DNA of 62,904 nucleotides. Source: Paracoccaceae bacterium. GTDB taxonomy: Bacteria > Pseudomonadota > Alphaproteobacteria > Rhodobacterales > Rhodobacteraceae. The notes under the pieces were generated by a model. That model was not told the DNA's origin. It did no database searches and saw nothing but the letters and a program-made list of their open reading frames with translations. Location: contig PIVL01000001.1 in NCBI GenBank assembly GCA_003354145.1, forward strand, positions 1-62,904, given 5' to 3'. The translations under genes and the position numbers were made by a program. Shown piece after piece: positions 48,070 to 57,750 of this stretch (its first letter is position 1; the number at the start of each line of letters is the position of its first letter).

Positions 48070-49002
48070 ATGTCCAATATACGAAAGATCGCGATGTCGC
48101 TTGGCACAATATTCTGTGCCATAGGGATTGGTTACTTCGTGCAAAATGGCGAAACTACGCCGGTTGCGCCAGTGAAAGCGATTCAAACTGTTGTGGTTAA
48201 GCCTGTAATGGGCCCGATCCCTGATCAGGGTACAATGTTGGATATTCGGGGAGTTGCCCTGACATCGGCGATGCCTGACTCAATGGCTCCTCAGCGTTTG
48301 GTTGAGCCACAGCCGGATTTGTCCAGCTCGGCCTGTGCTGTGACTGTAACGGCGACACCTGCTCCTATGGCAAACGTTGATTTGTTTGTGTTGGCTCCGT
48401 GTTTCCGAAATGATCGGGTGACAGTTCACCACAACGGCATGATGTTTACTGATGCGACCGACAAAACCGGCAAGTTGGAGATTACAGTTCCAGCGCTGAC
48501 AGAGAACGCAGTTTTCATTGTGGCATTAGCCTCTAGCAATGGCGCTGTGGCGTTGACACGGATTCCGGATCTGGCTGACTATCATCGTGTTGTGTTGCAA
48601 TGGGTTGGTAAAAGCGGCTTTCAGATCCACGCTCGTGAATTCGGCGCTGATTACGGAGCGCCTGGCCACATCTGGATTGGCATGGACGATACCAAGCCGT
48701 CGAGTCAGCAAGGGTCTATCGTTCGGCTAGGGGATGCGGACGCATTGGCACCACATCTGGCCGAGGTCTATACGTTCCCACGCGGCGTGTCCCGGCAGTC
48801 CGGAACAGTGTCGATGAGCGTCGAAGCCGAAGTAACTGCCGACAATTGCGGCAAGGACGTGGCGGCGCAAACTATCGAATTTGGCGGCGGTGGCGGGCTT
48901 AGAACTCGTGATTTGGTGCTGACTGTGCCAGATTGTACCACAATTGGTGACTTTCTGGTGTTGAATAATCTTGTCGATGACATGAAGATTGCAGCCAACT
49001 AA
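48070..49002 (+). CDS. membrane-anchored periplasmic protein of unknown function
   Basis: ATG at 48070 with GAGG upstream (ORF track starts at GTG 48055). One N-terminal TM helix (AMSLGTIFCAIGIGYFV) precedes a beta-rich region with four Cys. It lies 21 nt upstream of the next gene. Confidence 0.65.
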   Translation: MSNIRKIAMSLGTIFCAIGIGYFVQNGETTPVAPVKAIQTVVVKPVMGPIPDQGTMLDIRGVALTSAMPDSMAPQRLVEPQPDLSSSACAVTVTATPAPMANVDLFVLAPCFRNDRVTVHHNGMMFTDATDKTGKLEITVPALTENAVFIVALASSNGAVALTRIPDLADYHRVVLQWVGKSGFQIHAREFGADYGAPGHIWIGMDDTKPSSQQGSIVRLGDADALAPHLAEVYTFPRGVSRQSGTVSMSVEAEVTADNCGKDVAAQTIEFGGGGGLRTRDLVLTVPDCTTIGDFLVLNNLVDDMKIAAN

Positions 49003-49023
49003 ACCACGTTAAAAGGGTTTCAC

Positions 49024-50583
49024 ATGGCTTGGCGATGTGCGGCGATATTCGCCGCACTTTTTCTTTCGATTCAACCGCGCGTTGGCGCGGCGCAGGATGT
49101 CACTTTGACGTCGCATGATGGGGCCGTTGAAATCATCGGCACATTGCTTGGTTATGATGGTGAATTCTATCGTGTTGAGACCGAGTTTGGCGAATTGACC
49201 ATTGATGGCTCAGGTGTGTTGTGTGACGGGCCAGGATGTCCGAACCTGTCCCATTTTGTCGCCGAGATCGTATTTTCCGGATCCTCTACAATGGCCGAGG
49301 TCCTACTGCCCGCTTTGATCGAAGGGTTTGCCCGGCGCAATGGGTTGCAGACCAGTCGGGCCGAGCTGGACAATTCACGGTTTGAATACAGGCTGAATTC
49401 GTCTCAGTCCGGCCTTCGTATCGGGCGGTTTGTGTTTCATGTGACTAATTCGGACAAAGGTTTCGCCGAACTTCTGGCAAATGATGCTGATATTGTCATG
49501 GCCCTGCGTGAAATACGACCTGATGAGCGCCTTCAGGCCTTTAAAGCCGGTATGGGCGATATGACTGACCATAGCCGAAGTCGGGTTTTGGCGCTGGACG
49601 CGATGGTGCCGGTGGTCGCTCCGGACAATCCGGTGCGCCGTATTTCCACTCCGCAATTGGCACAGGTCTTTACCGGGGAAATCACCAACTGGACCGAACT
49701 TGGCGGCCCTGATGCACCGATATCTTTACATTTGCCTGAGGCTGGATCGGGAATGGCGCAGGCGGTCGAGGTTCGGTTGTTGCAAAGTACAAATCTGCAA
49801 CTTGCTGAAAATATTCACCGTTACGCCCGCAGCAGCGCTTTGGCCCGTGCAGTTGTGGTTGATCCATTTGCCATAGGTATGGCGAGCTTTGCCGAGACCG
49901 GGCTGGCGCGGGCGTTGACGTTGACAGGCGCGTGTGACTTTTCCCTTTCGGCCAGCCGCCGTACAATAAAAACCGAAGACTATCCACTGACATCGCCAAT
50001 GTTCCTATATCTGCCTGCGCGCCGGTTACCGAAATTGGCCCGCGAATTTCTGAGATACATCCAAAGTCCGGCAGCACAATTTGTGGTGCGTCGGTCAGGA
50101 TTTGTTGATCAGGCACCGGAAGAAATCAGCGTGAATGCGCAAGGGGATCGTTTTGCCAATGCGATCCAGTCGGCTGGAAAAGAAGTGCCGCTTGAGCTGT
50201 TGCAAGAAATGATCCAGACGCTCAAACCGATGGCGCGATTGACTACGTCGTTCCGGTTTGAAACCGGCTCAACACGACCAGACGCCCAATCACGCGAAAA
50301 CATCGCACAGCTTGCCCGCGCGATTGAGGCCGGAACTTATGACGCACGGCAGTTGCTATTTGTTGGGTTCAGCGATGGTGAGGGTCCGGCAGCCGGTAAT
50401 CAGCGCATTGCCCTTAAGCGGGCCAATACGGTGCGCGATGCTGTGCTGAAATCTGCCGAAACCGCGAATACTGACCGCGTCGACATCAACGTAGCGGCCT
50501 TTGGCGAGGCCCTGCCAATGGCCTGTGATGACAGCGAATGGGGTAGGCAGGTTAACCGTCGGGTCGAAGTCTGGGTCCGTTAA
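49024..50583 (+). CDS. PstS-like (phosphate/anion periplasmic binding fold) / OmpA-like C-terminal domain fusion protein
   Basis: 519 aa ORF with a signal peptide (AIFAALFLSIQPRVGAAQ). A central PBP-type domain carries GSSTM... and NPV..IS..QL..VFTGEITNW blocks. The C-terminal OmpA-like domain has FVGFSDGEG...IALKRANTV...NRRVEVWV. Confidence 0.7.
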   Translation: MAWRCAAIFAALFLSIQPRVGAAQDVTLTSHDGAVEIIGTLLGYDGEFYRVETEFGELTIDGSGVLCDGPGCPNLSHFVAEIVFSGSSTMAEVLLPALIEGFARRNGLQTSRAELDNSRFEYRLNSSQSGLRIGRFVFHVTNSDKGFAELLANDADIVMALREIRPDERLQAFKAGMGDMTDHSRSRVLALDAMVPVVAPDNPVRRISTPQLAQVFTGEITNWTELGGPDAPISLHLPEAGSGMAQAVEVRLLQSTNLQLAENIHRYARSSALARAVVVDPFAIGMASFAETGLARALTLTGACDFSLSASRRTIKTEDYPLTSPMFLYLPARRLPKLAREFLRYIQSPAAQFVVRRSGFVDQAPEEISVNAQGDRFANAIQSAGKEVPLELLQEMIQTLKPMARLTTSFRFETGSTRPDAQSRENIAQLARAIEAGTYDARQLLFVGFSDGEGPAAGNQRIALKRANTVRDAVLKSAETANTDRVDINVAAFGEALPMACDDSEWGRQVNRRVEVWVR

Positions 50584-51713
50584 CGCGGCATTGGCAACGC
50601 GGCCTTGTTATACGGCCGCCAATCGGTAATTTCCGGATAATACATATCACGCCAACGGCGCACGCGTGGGTTCATCATTCTGCGCCAAAGCGACGGCACC
50701 ATCGCGACCATGGTCATAATCGGATAGCCATATGGCAGCTGAGGCGCGTCGATCTGGGTATAATTTTGTAACAATGGAAATCGTCTGTTGGGTTTGTAAT
50801 GATGATCCGAATGGCGCTGCAGGTTGATCAACAGCCAGTTTGACACTTTGTGAGCCGCGTTCCACGAATGGCGCGGCATGACATGTTCATACTGGCCATC
50901 CCCCAGATACTTTCGGGTCAGACCGTAGTGTTCGACATAATTCACCAGCTCTAACTGCCAGATCGCCACGCCTGCCTGCATCAAAAACAGACCCAAACCA
51001 GCCCAACCCCCAAGGATTAGCGCCAGAACCAGCATTCCGCCCTGAAGCGCCCAATACCGAAAGAAGGGATTGCTGGAATCGGTCCACGGCAGGGACTTGC
51101 GTTCCAGCATGTCCTTTTCCGCCTGAAACGCAGACAACAGACATTCGCGCAGCACACGTGGATAGAAACGGTGGAATCCTTCGTTGTACCGGGCAGTCAC
51201 CGGATCACGCGGTGTTCCCACATAGCGGTGGTGCACCAACAAATGTTCCGAGCGGAAATGTGAGTAAAGCACCATGGCTAGCAATACATCGGCCAAAAAC
51301 CGTTCTGTCCGGTCCTTTTGGTGCATCAATTCGTGGCTGTAATTAATCCCAATCGTGCCGGAAATCACGCCGACGCCAAAAAATAACCCCAGCTTTTCCA
51401 GTGTTGAGAGATGATCAGTATGGCCAACATACCAAATCAACCCAAAGACCATCAGAAACTGAACGGGCACCCACGCGGTGGTCAGAATGCGATACCAATG
51501 CAGGTCTTCTTCTGTGGCCTCAAGATCGGCGTTCTCTAAGTTCAGTCCAAAGAATCCATCAAGCGCTCCAAACAGATACCAGGTGGATACAGGCACTGCC
51601 AAAAGCCACCAGCCACCGTACAGACTGCTTAGCCAGACCAAAGGAATCAGGCTAAACGAGAGCCAGAAAGGTAACGCGCTTTGCCACCGTGAGAGCTGTT
51701 CTGTCGAAATCAT
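50580..51713 (-). CDS. alkB: alkane 1-monooxygenase / membrane fatty-acid-desaturase family (AlkB-like)
   Basis: 377 aa polytopic protein with histidine boxes HELMHQ, EHLLVHHRY, NYVEHYGL and LQRHSDHH. Confidence 0.8.
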   Translation of the reverse strand: MISTEQLSRWQSALPFWLSFSLIPLVWLSSLYGGWWLLAVPVSTWYLFGALDGFFGLNLENADLEATEEDLHWYRILTTAWVPVQFLMVFGLIWYVGHTDHLSTLEKLGLFFGVGVISGTIGINYSHELMHQKDRTERFLADVLLAMVLYSHFRSEHLLVHHRYVGTPRDPVTARYNEGFHRFYPRVLRECLLSAFQAEKDMLERKSLPWTDSSNPFFRYWALQGGMLVLALILGGWAGLGLFLMQAGVAIWQLELVNYVEHYGLTRKYLGDGQYEHVMPRHSWNAAHKVSNWLLINLQRHSDHHYKPNRRFPLLQNYTQIDAPQLPYGYPIMTMVAMVPSLWRRMMNPRVRRWRDMYYPEITDWRPYNKAALPMPR

Positions 51714-51747
51714 CAGGGCCTCGGTCTATCAAATTGGACTAAGGGAA

Positions 51748-52818
51748 TTATGCGCTCTTTTTGAGCGTTTGCCCACGCCATAAATCATAGGCCTTGCGCA
51801 TTACCGTAGGCAGTTCGGACGGCCGAAAATCGTGTCTATTTAGAAAAGCGCCACATTCTACTGGGTGGCTAAGCGGTATTTCTGCGGTTTTCACCTGCAG
51901 GATCAGGTGGAAATGCGTGAAGGTATGGCGCACTTCGGCAGGCAATGTCGCCCAATCCGCCGTGCAGGGAGGGGTTTCAATAGGGGCGTCGTTCCAGTCT
52001 GATCCTGGCCAACCCAACATACCGCCCAGCAATCCTTTGTCTGGCCGACGTTCTAACAGCCACGCTCCATCGGTGCGCTCGGCCAGATAGACAATGCCAT
52101 GCCGCGTGGGTTTGGGTTTTTTCGGTGTTTTCTTTGGTAATTCAGGTGCGGTTCCGGTGGATCGTGCAAGGCAGGGATCCTTAACCGGGCAAATCCCACA
52201 AGAGGGGGATTTTGGGGTGCAGATTGTAGCGCCCAGATCCATCACCGCCTGAGCGTAATCTCCGGGGCGATATTGCGGGGTCAAAGCGTTGGCCTTGTCC
52301 TTTAATCCAGGTTTTGCGGCGGGCAAAGGCGTGTGAATATCATAAAGCCGTGCCATGACCCGTTCGACGTTTCCGTCCATCACAGTTTCGGCCCGGTCAA
52401 AGGCAATCGCAGCGATGGCCGCAGCGGTATAGGGGCCAATTCCTGGCAGTTTAAGCAAAGCGTCGAAAGTGTCAGGGAACACACCGTCGAAATCTTGCGC
52501 CACCACACGCGCGCATTTCAGCAAGTTGCGGGCGCGCGCGTAATAGCCAAGTCCGGCCCATTCGCCCATAACATCGCCATCTGGCGCTGCCGCCAGATCA
52601 CTGACCGTTGGCCAACGGGCCAGAAATCGGTGGAAATAGTCGGTAACGGCGGCAACGGTGGTTTGTTGCAACATGACTTCGGACAACCAGATGCGGTAAG
52701 GATCGGGAACAACATCGGCCATACGATCCGATGGGCTGACCCTCCACGCCAAATCGCGGGCGTGTTTATCGTACCAATCCAACATAAGGTCACTGATATC
52801 CGGGTCGCCGTCACGCAA
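51748..52818 (-). CDS. mutY: A/G-specific adenine DNA glycosylase MutY
   Basis: 356 aa ORF with HhH-GPD (LPGIGPYTAAAI), Fe-S cluster loop CTPKSPSCGICPVKDPC and a C-terminal Nudix-like domain. Confidence 0.93.
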   Translation of the reverse strand: MRDGDPDISDLMLDWYDKHARDLAWRVSPSDRMADVVPDPYRIWLSEVMLQQTTVAAVTDYFHRFLARWPTVSDLAAAPDGDVMGEWAGLGYYARARNLLKCARVVAQDFDGVFPDTFDALLKLPGIGPYTAAAIAAIAFDRAETVMDGNVERVMARLYDIHTPLPAAKPGLKDKANALTPQYRPGDYAQAVMDLGATICTPKSPSCGICPVKDPCLARSTGTAPELPKKTPKKPKPTRHGIVYLAERTDGAWLLERRPDKGLLGGMLGWPGSDWNDAPIETPPCTADWATLPAEVRHTFTHFHLILQVKTAEIPLSHPVECGAFLNRHDFRPSELPTVMRKAYDLWRGQTLKKSA

Positions 52819-52900
52819 TGTTTATGCTCTTTTCTCACGGTTTCGCTGGCACCTGCCACCATGCCCTTTACAATAGCGGCAACAGTCAGGGAAACCACTA

Positions 52901-53407
52901 ATGGCATTTCGCAATTCCACAACACGCGGATTTAAACGCACAGCGACTTTGCTGGGCGACCGAATCCGTCATGTTGGCGAGAATCGCGGCTTTGCGGTAT
53001 CGCGGCTGTTGACCCATTGGGCCGAAATCGCCGGGCCGGACATTGCCGCTATCGCGCGGCCTGTGAATGTCGGTTACGCACGCGGCGGGTTTGGCGCGAC
53101 ATTGACGGTGCTGACCACTGGGGCGCAGGCTCCGATGCTGGAAATGCAAAAGGAAAAGCTGCGCGAAAAGGTGAACGCGGTCTATGGCTATAACGCCATT
53201 TCGCGGGTGCGGATTACCCAGACGGCACCGACCGGATTTGCCGAAGGTCAGGCACAGTTTGAGCCGCAGAAACCTGAGGCCCCCAAGGCCCCCGACAAAC
53301 AGACCCTAACCAAAGCCGCGGCAGTGGCCAGCCCGATTCAAGATGATGAGTTGCGCAATGCGCTTGAACATCTGGGCCGTAACATTCTATCCAAGACGAA
53401 ACATTGA
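52901..53407 (+). CDS. DUF721 / DciA-family protein
   Basis: 168 aa ORF with W..I.G..IA....P..........L.V......A..L......L...VN pattern. Divergent from mutY, as is common in alphaproteobacteria. Confidence 0.65.
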   Translation: MAFRNSTTRGFKRTATLLGDRIRHVGENRGFAVSRLLTHWAEIAGPDIAAIARPVNVGYARGGFGATLTVLTTGAQAPMLEMQKEKLREKVNAVYGYNAISRVRITQTAPTGFAEGQAQFEPQKPEAPKAPDKQTLTKAAAVASPIQDDELRNALEHLGRNILSKTKH

Positions 53408-53420
53408 GAAAGAGTTCGAC

Positions 53421-54095
53421 ATGACCCGACTAATACCAGTAATCGCATCCGTCGTCGCCGTTGCCGTCGGCGGCTATTTGTATATGGATCAAGGCAAAAC
53501 CGGCTCAACTCCGGTTAATCCGCTGATCGGTGCGGCCAATGCCCAAGACACGGCTGATATCGATACGTCGTCCATTGTGGAAATGGAAATTGGCTCGCCC
53601 GACGCGCCAATCACCATGTACGAATATGCATCCTATACCTGCCCCCATTGCGCGGCGTTTCATCAGGGACCATTCAAGCAGCTGAAAAAGGATTATATCG
53701 ATACCGGCAAGGTGCGGTTCATTTATCGTGAAGTTTATTTTGATCGCTTTAGCTTATGGGCCTCTCTTGTTTCACGTTGTGGTGGACCTGAGAAGTTCTT
53801 TGGTATCACCGATCTGATGTTTGAAGGCCAAGAGGAATGGTCACGCGCTGCCGGACCTACTGAAATCGTTGATGGATTGAAAAAAATCGGCCTGTTGGCG
53901 GGAATTGAACCGGAAACGCTCGAGGCGTGTTTGCAGGATGCTGACAAGGCACAGACGCTTGTGGCTTGGTATCAGCAAAACGCAGAGGCCGACGATATCA
54001 GTTCGACCCCAAGTTTTGTCGTTAACGGTAAAAAAGTTCCCAATCAGTCCTATGCTGATTTTTCAGCTATTTTGGACGCTGAACTGGGCAAATAA
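53421..54095 (+). CDS. DsbA-family thiol:disulfide oxidoreductase
   Basis: Starts at MTRLIPVIASVVAVAVGG (TM/signal) and has active site CPHC. The ORF-track extension to 53343 overlaps the previous gene. Confidence 0.85.
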   Translation: MTRLIPVIASVVAVAVGGYLYMDQGKTGSTPVNPLIGAANAQDTADIDTSSIVEMEIGSPDAPITMYEYASYTCPHCAAFHQGPFKQLKKDYIDTGKVRFIYREVYFDRFSLWASLVSRCGGPEKFFGITDLMFEGQEEWSRAAGPTEIVDGLKKIGLLAGIEPETLEACLQDADKAQTLVAWYQQNAEADDISSTPSFVVNGKKVPNQSYADFSAILDAELGK

Positions 54096-55213
54096 TGGCG
54101 TCTCCTCTTGATGGGCTGAAAGTTGTCGAACTGGCGCGCATTCTGGCCGGCCCGTGGGCCGGTCAAACGCTGTCAGATCTTGGCGCGTCGGTGACCAAAA
54201 TCGAATCTCCGCGTGGCGATGATACCCGTGCATGGGGTCCGCCCTTTGTGACGCGGGGCGACGATATGTCGGCGTCCTATTACCATTCGACCAATAGGGG
54301 CAAAGCCTCGGTGACCATTGATTTCACCACGCCTGAAGGTCAGGCGCAGGTGCGTGAACTGGTGGCAGACGCGGATATTCTGATCGAGAATTTCAAGGTG
54401 GGAGGTCTGGCCAAATACGGGCTGGATTACCAAAGCCTGTCGGCGCTGAACCCGCGCCTGATCTATTGCTCGATCACCGGGTTCGGGCAAACCGGGCCTT
54501 ACGCGCATCGGGCCGGGTATGATTTTATAATTCAAGGCATGTCTGGTTTGATGTCGATCACTGGCGAGCCTGATGGCCAGCCGCAGAAATCCGGGGTGGC
54601 GATTACTGATGTCTTCACTGGCGTTTATGCGGTTTCCGGTATTTTGGCGGCAGTGCATCAACGTGAAAGCAGTGGCCGGGGTCAGCATATTGATATGTCA
54701 TTGCTTGATGTGGCCGTGGCTGTAACTGCCAATCAGGCGCTGAATTATCTGACAACTGGCGTGGCACCGGGGCGGATGGGCAATGCGCATATGAACCTGA
54801 CGCCTTATGGGGTGTTTGATTGTTCAGACGGGCATATCATCATCGCCACTGGCAATGACGCGCAATACCAGCGGTTGTGCCGGCTGCTAGGTCTGGATGA
54901 CATGGCCGAGGCTGCGGATTATGCCGCCAACAAAGACCGGATTGCCAATCGCCGCGTGATGATCGCGCGGCTGAACGGGGCAACGGCGCAACGGACCAAA
55001 GGCGATTTGCTGGCGGCATGCGAAAGCGTCGGCGTGCCCGCCGGGCCGATCAATTCGCTGGACGAGGTGATGGGCGATCCGCAGGTTGTGGCGCGAGGGA
55101 TGCAGATAGAACTGGACGGAGTCCCCGGTGTGCGTGCTCCGTTTGTGTTCTCGGACGCTGAACTGGCGCTGACTCGACCCGCACCAAAACTGGGTGAGGA
55201 TAACCCAGAATAA
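54095..55213 (+). CDS. CaiB/BaiF family CoA-transferase (family III)
   Basis: 372 aa ORF with N-terminal GLKVVELARILAGPWAGQTLSDLGA, IENFKVGG and the GYDFIIQGMSGLMSITG block containing the catalytic Asp context. Confidence 0.88.
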   Translation: MASPLDGLKVVELARILAGPWAGQTLSDLGASVTKIESPRGDDTRAWGPPFVTRGDDMSASYYHSTNRGKASVTIDFTTPEGQAQVRELVADADILIENFKVGGLAKYGLDYQSLSALNPRLIYCSITGFGQTGPYAHRAGYDFIIQGMSGLMSITGEPDGQPQKSGVAITDVFTGVYAVSGILAAVHQRESSGRGQHIDMSLLDVAVAVTANQALNYLTTGVAPGRMGNAHMNLTPYGVFDCSDGHIIIATGNDAQYQRLCRLLGLDDMAEAADYAANKDRIANRRVMIARLNGATAQRTKGDLLAACESVGVPAGPINSLDEVMGDPQVVARGMQIELDGVPGVRAPFVFSDAELALTRPAPKLGEDNPE

Positions 55214-55222
55214 TGTGCCAGC

Positions 55223-56224
55223 TCAGGAAGGGTCTGGCGCAACTTTCAAAATCATGTCTCGGACCAATTCCGATTGCGGCACCTGTAATCGCACCGGCAA
55301 TGTAATCACTTTGCTGCGAAATTCCGGCGGAAGACGTACGGCGTCTTTTTCTGTTGTGACCAGCTGCGCGCCTATTGCACGCGCTTCGGATTCCATTCGG
55401 CTTAGCAGTGTCTTGGTGAGCGGTTGGTGATCGTCCAACGCCTCGGTTCGGATCAGATTGACGCCTAATGACCGTAGTGTGGCAAAGAATTTCTCGGGGT
55501 GCCCGATACCAGCAAAGGCCAATACTTTTGCCTCATTCCAGTCCATTCCGGTTTGCAGCGGTGTGACTTCGCCCGTCAAATGAGGAACGGTCAGCTCTGC
55601 ACCCCATTGTTCGGCAAAGACCTGTTGGTCGGCCTCGTTCCCCAGCGATAACACCAGATCGGCGCGGCGCAGGCCGACATCTACGGGTTCGCGCAAAGGT
55701 CCGGCAGGCAAGCATCTGCCATTGCCAAACCCCCGAGCGGCATTCACCACAATGATCGACATATCCTTCTGCACTGATGGGTTTTGGAATCCGTCATCAA
55801 GAACAATCACAGTTGCGCCGCCTTTAGCAGCGGCGAGTGTACCAGCTGCGCGATCTTCTGAGACCCAGACATCGGCAAAAGCCGCCAGAAGCAGGGGTTC
55901 ATCCCCTACCTGACTGGAACGGTGGCGCGATGGATCAACGAGCACCGGCCCTTTCAGTGATCCGCCATAACCACGCGTCACCACATGCGGTTCGTGGTAG
56001 GCATTTCGCAACATTTCGACGATCCACATAACGGTTGGCGTTTTCCCGGTTCCACCAACGTTCAGGTTGCCAACGCAAATCACCGGCACACCGGCCGCAA
56101 TCCCGGTGTCACCCGCCAAACGGCGTGCTGTACCAGCTGCATATACCGCAGCCAAAGGCGACAATATCCGCGCGCGCCAATTTGGGCTTTCCGGTGCCGT
56201 GTTCCAAAATTCAGGAGCGCGCAA
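55223..56224 (-). CDS. lpxK: tetraacyldisaccharide 4'-kinase LpxK
   Basis: P-loop [13 protein letters not shown]. The family N-terminus (M)RAPEFW corresponds to TTG at 56224, giving a 14-nt overlap with waaA. The ORF track extends to 56269, so the start is uncertain. Confidence 0.88.
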   Translation of the reverse strand: MRAPEFWNTAPESPNWRARILSPLAAVYAAGTARRLAGDTGIAAGVPVICVGNLNVGGTGKTPTVMWIVEMLRNAYHEPHVVTRGYGGSLKGPVLVDPSRHRSSQVGDEPLLLAAFADVWVSEDRAAGTLAAAKGGATVIVLDDGFQNPSVQKDMSIIVVNAARGFGNGRCLPAGPLREPVDVGLRRADLVLSLGNEADQQVFAEQWGAELTVPHLTGEVTPLQTGMDWNEAKVLAFAGIGHPEKFFATLRSLGVNLIRTEALDDHQPLTKTLLSRMESEARAIGAQLVTTEKDAVRLPPEFRSKVITLPVRLQVPQSELVRDMILKVAPDPS

Positions 56225-57446
56225 GGCTGGCCTCGCCGAGATCCAGAATGTCCTGCACTTGATCGACAAGACTATCCGTCAGGTGCGCGCTTTCAGTTAC
56301 GACTTCCCAGCCTGCCAAAGCCATAGTTGCCGAATTATCCGGCGCGATCAACTGAACCACGGCAGAGCCAAGACCATCGGCATCGCGAACCGTGCGCGCG
56401 GCCCCTGCCGCTGCCAGGCGCGAATAGGCGGGGAGGTGGTCGCTGACATATGGCCCATAAAGGATCGCGGACCCAAGAGCTGCGGCCTCGAACGGGCCAC
56501 AACCTTTTGAACCCGGGGCGAGCGAACTTGCCATGAACGTCAGTGGAGCGGCGCGAAACCACAAGCCCAAATCATCTGGTGTGCGGGCTATGACAACCTG
56601 AATGTTATCCTCGATAATGTATCCGGGCTGCCAGTCGCAGTAGCGTAAGCCAGAGAAGCTCAAAGCAGATTCTAATTGGGCATAATCTCTGGTGTCGGAT
56701 AGCACCACCACCAATAATAAACGGTGCGAAAACCGAATGGCATTTCGGTGCGCCTTGATGATGGCGTCGATTTCAGAGGCCTGCACATTCGCGGCCAGCC
56801 AGACAGGTTGCCCTGCAAGGGACTGAGTGACGATTGCCAGCGAGTATTCATCGCAGGGCATTGGTGGTGCCCCATCGCTTAGGCGTGTGGAAATGATGAT
56901 TTTGTTGTCCGGGATTCCGTAGCTATGAAGCAGCTTGGCCGCTGCCGGGCCGTTGGTTGTGATGGACTGAAAACACAATAGACTTGTACGCGTCAGTTCA
57001 CGGAACCAACGGTGCTGACGCGTTTGAAATTCATTTGCTTCAGCGTCCAGCAGGATCAATGGTATTTTTTGCTCAGAGGCCATGCCGATCAGATTTGGCA
57101 TCAGGTGTCCGCCTGTCCACAACCCGGCATCCGGTTGCCAATGGGCCAGAAATTGCCCCACGATGTCGGGATGGTCCGAGATTAGCGGATAGGTCCAGTT
57201 GGCCCCATCCGGCAGACGCTGTGGCGGATGGAACATCTGGGGATCAGTTGTCAGCAACAAACTCAGGCCCGGCCGCTGAGATTTCAGCCGCGCACCCAGA
57301 TCGCACAGCGCGGACAGGCGCGTTTCCGAAGTTGCGTGTGCCCAGACAAGTTCACCGGGTGGGCGCAGAGCATGCGGTGTGGAAGCAGACTGAACCTTGC
57401 GCCGGGATAAGGCCCGATAGGCTTTAAGGCTCAGATTGCGTTTCAC
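56211..57446 (-). CDS. waaA: 3-deoxy-D-manno-octulosonic acid (Kdo) transferase WaaA
   Basis: 411 aa glycosyltransferase N/C fold. Conserved waaA-lpxK operon order, with VWAHA and GGS...GHN-like positional blocks. Confidence 0.85.
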   Translation of the reverse strand: MKRNLSLKAYRALSRRKVQSASTPHALRPPGELVWAHATSETRLSALCDLGARLKSQRPGLSLLLTTDPQMFHPPQRLPDGANWTYPLISDHPDIVGQFLAHWQPDAGLWTGGHLMPNLIGMASEQKIPLILLDAEANEFQTRQHRWFRELTRTSLLCFQSITTNGPAAAKLLHSYGIPDNKIIISTRLSDGAPPMPCDEYSLAIVTQSLAGQPVWLAANVQASEIDAIIKAHRNAIRFSHRLLLVVVLSDTRDYAQLESALSFSGLRYCDWQPGYIIEDNIQVVIARTPDDLGLWFRAAPLTFMASSLAPGSKGCGPFEAAALGSAILYGPYVSDHLPAYSRLAAAGAARTVRDADGLGSAVVQLIAPDNSATMALAGWEVVTESAHLTDSLVDQVQDILDLGEASLARS

Positions 57447-57450
57447 TTAT

Positions 57451-57693
57451 TCAACCCAGTTCTTCGGTCGAGGAGATTTCGGTTTCTTCGTCGCGCAAAC
57501 GGTGGATATGGGCAATGAAATAGCGCATATGAGCGTTGTCAACGGTGCGTTGAGCATTGGATTTCCAGGCTTCAAAGGCGCTTTGATAATTCGGGTACAT
57601 GCCGACAATATGGATGTCGTTCACGTCTTTGAACGTATTTTTGGACGGATCAATCAATTCACCGCCAAAGACGAGATGCAAGCGTTGGGCCAT
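57451..57693 (-). CDS. DUF4170 domain protein
   Basis: 80 aa ORF MAQRLHLVFGGELIDP...IVGMYPNY..A..AW...AQ.TVDNA.MRYFI..IH, typical of the alphaproteobacterial DUF4170 family upstream of waaA. Confidence 0.7.
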   Translation of the reverse strand: MAQRLHLVFGGELIDPSKNTFKDVNDIHIVGMYPNYQSAFEAWKSNAQRTVDNAHMRYFIAHIHRLRDEETEISSTEELG

Positions 57694-57750
57694 ATTTGGC
57701 GTCCTTTCGGGTAGGTGTATATTGGCAAATTACGCCATTAAAGTCAGGGG

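Noticed and set aside
6823-52818. Apparent enrichment of genome-sanitising genes (rdgB, mutS, three Nudix genes including mutT, mutY) as a possible coordinated system.
   Set aside because: The genes are scattered in separate operons with standard alphaproteobacterial neighbours (hemW-rdgB-rph, argJ-mutT, mutY/DUF721). Nothing suggests co-regulation or a shared module.
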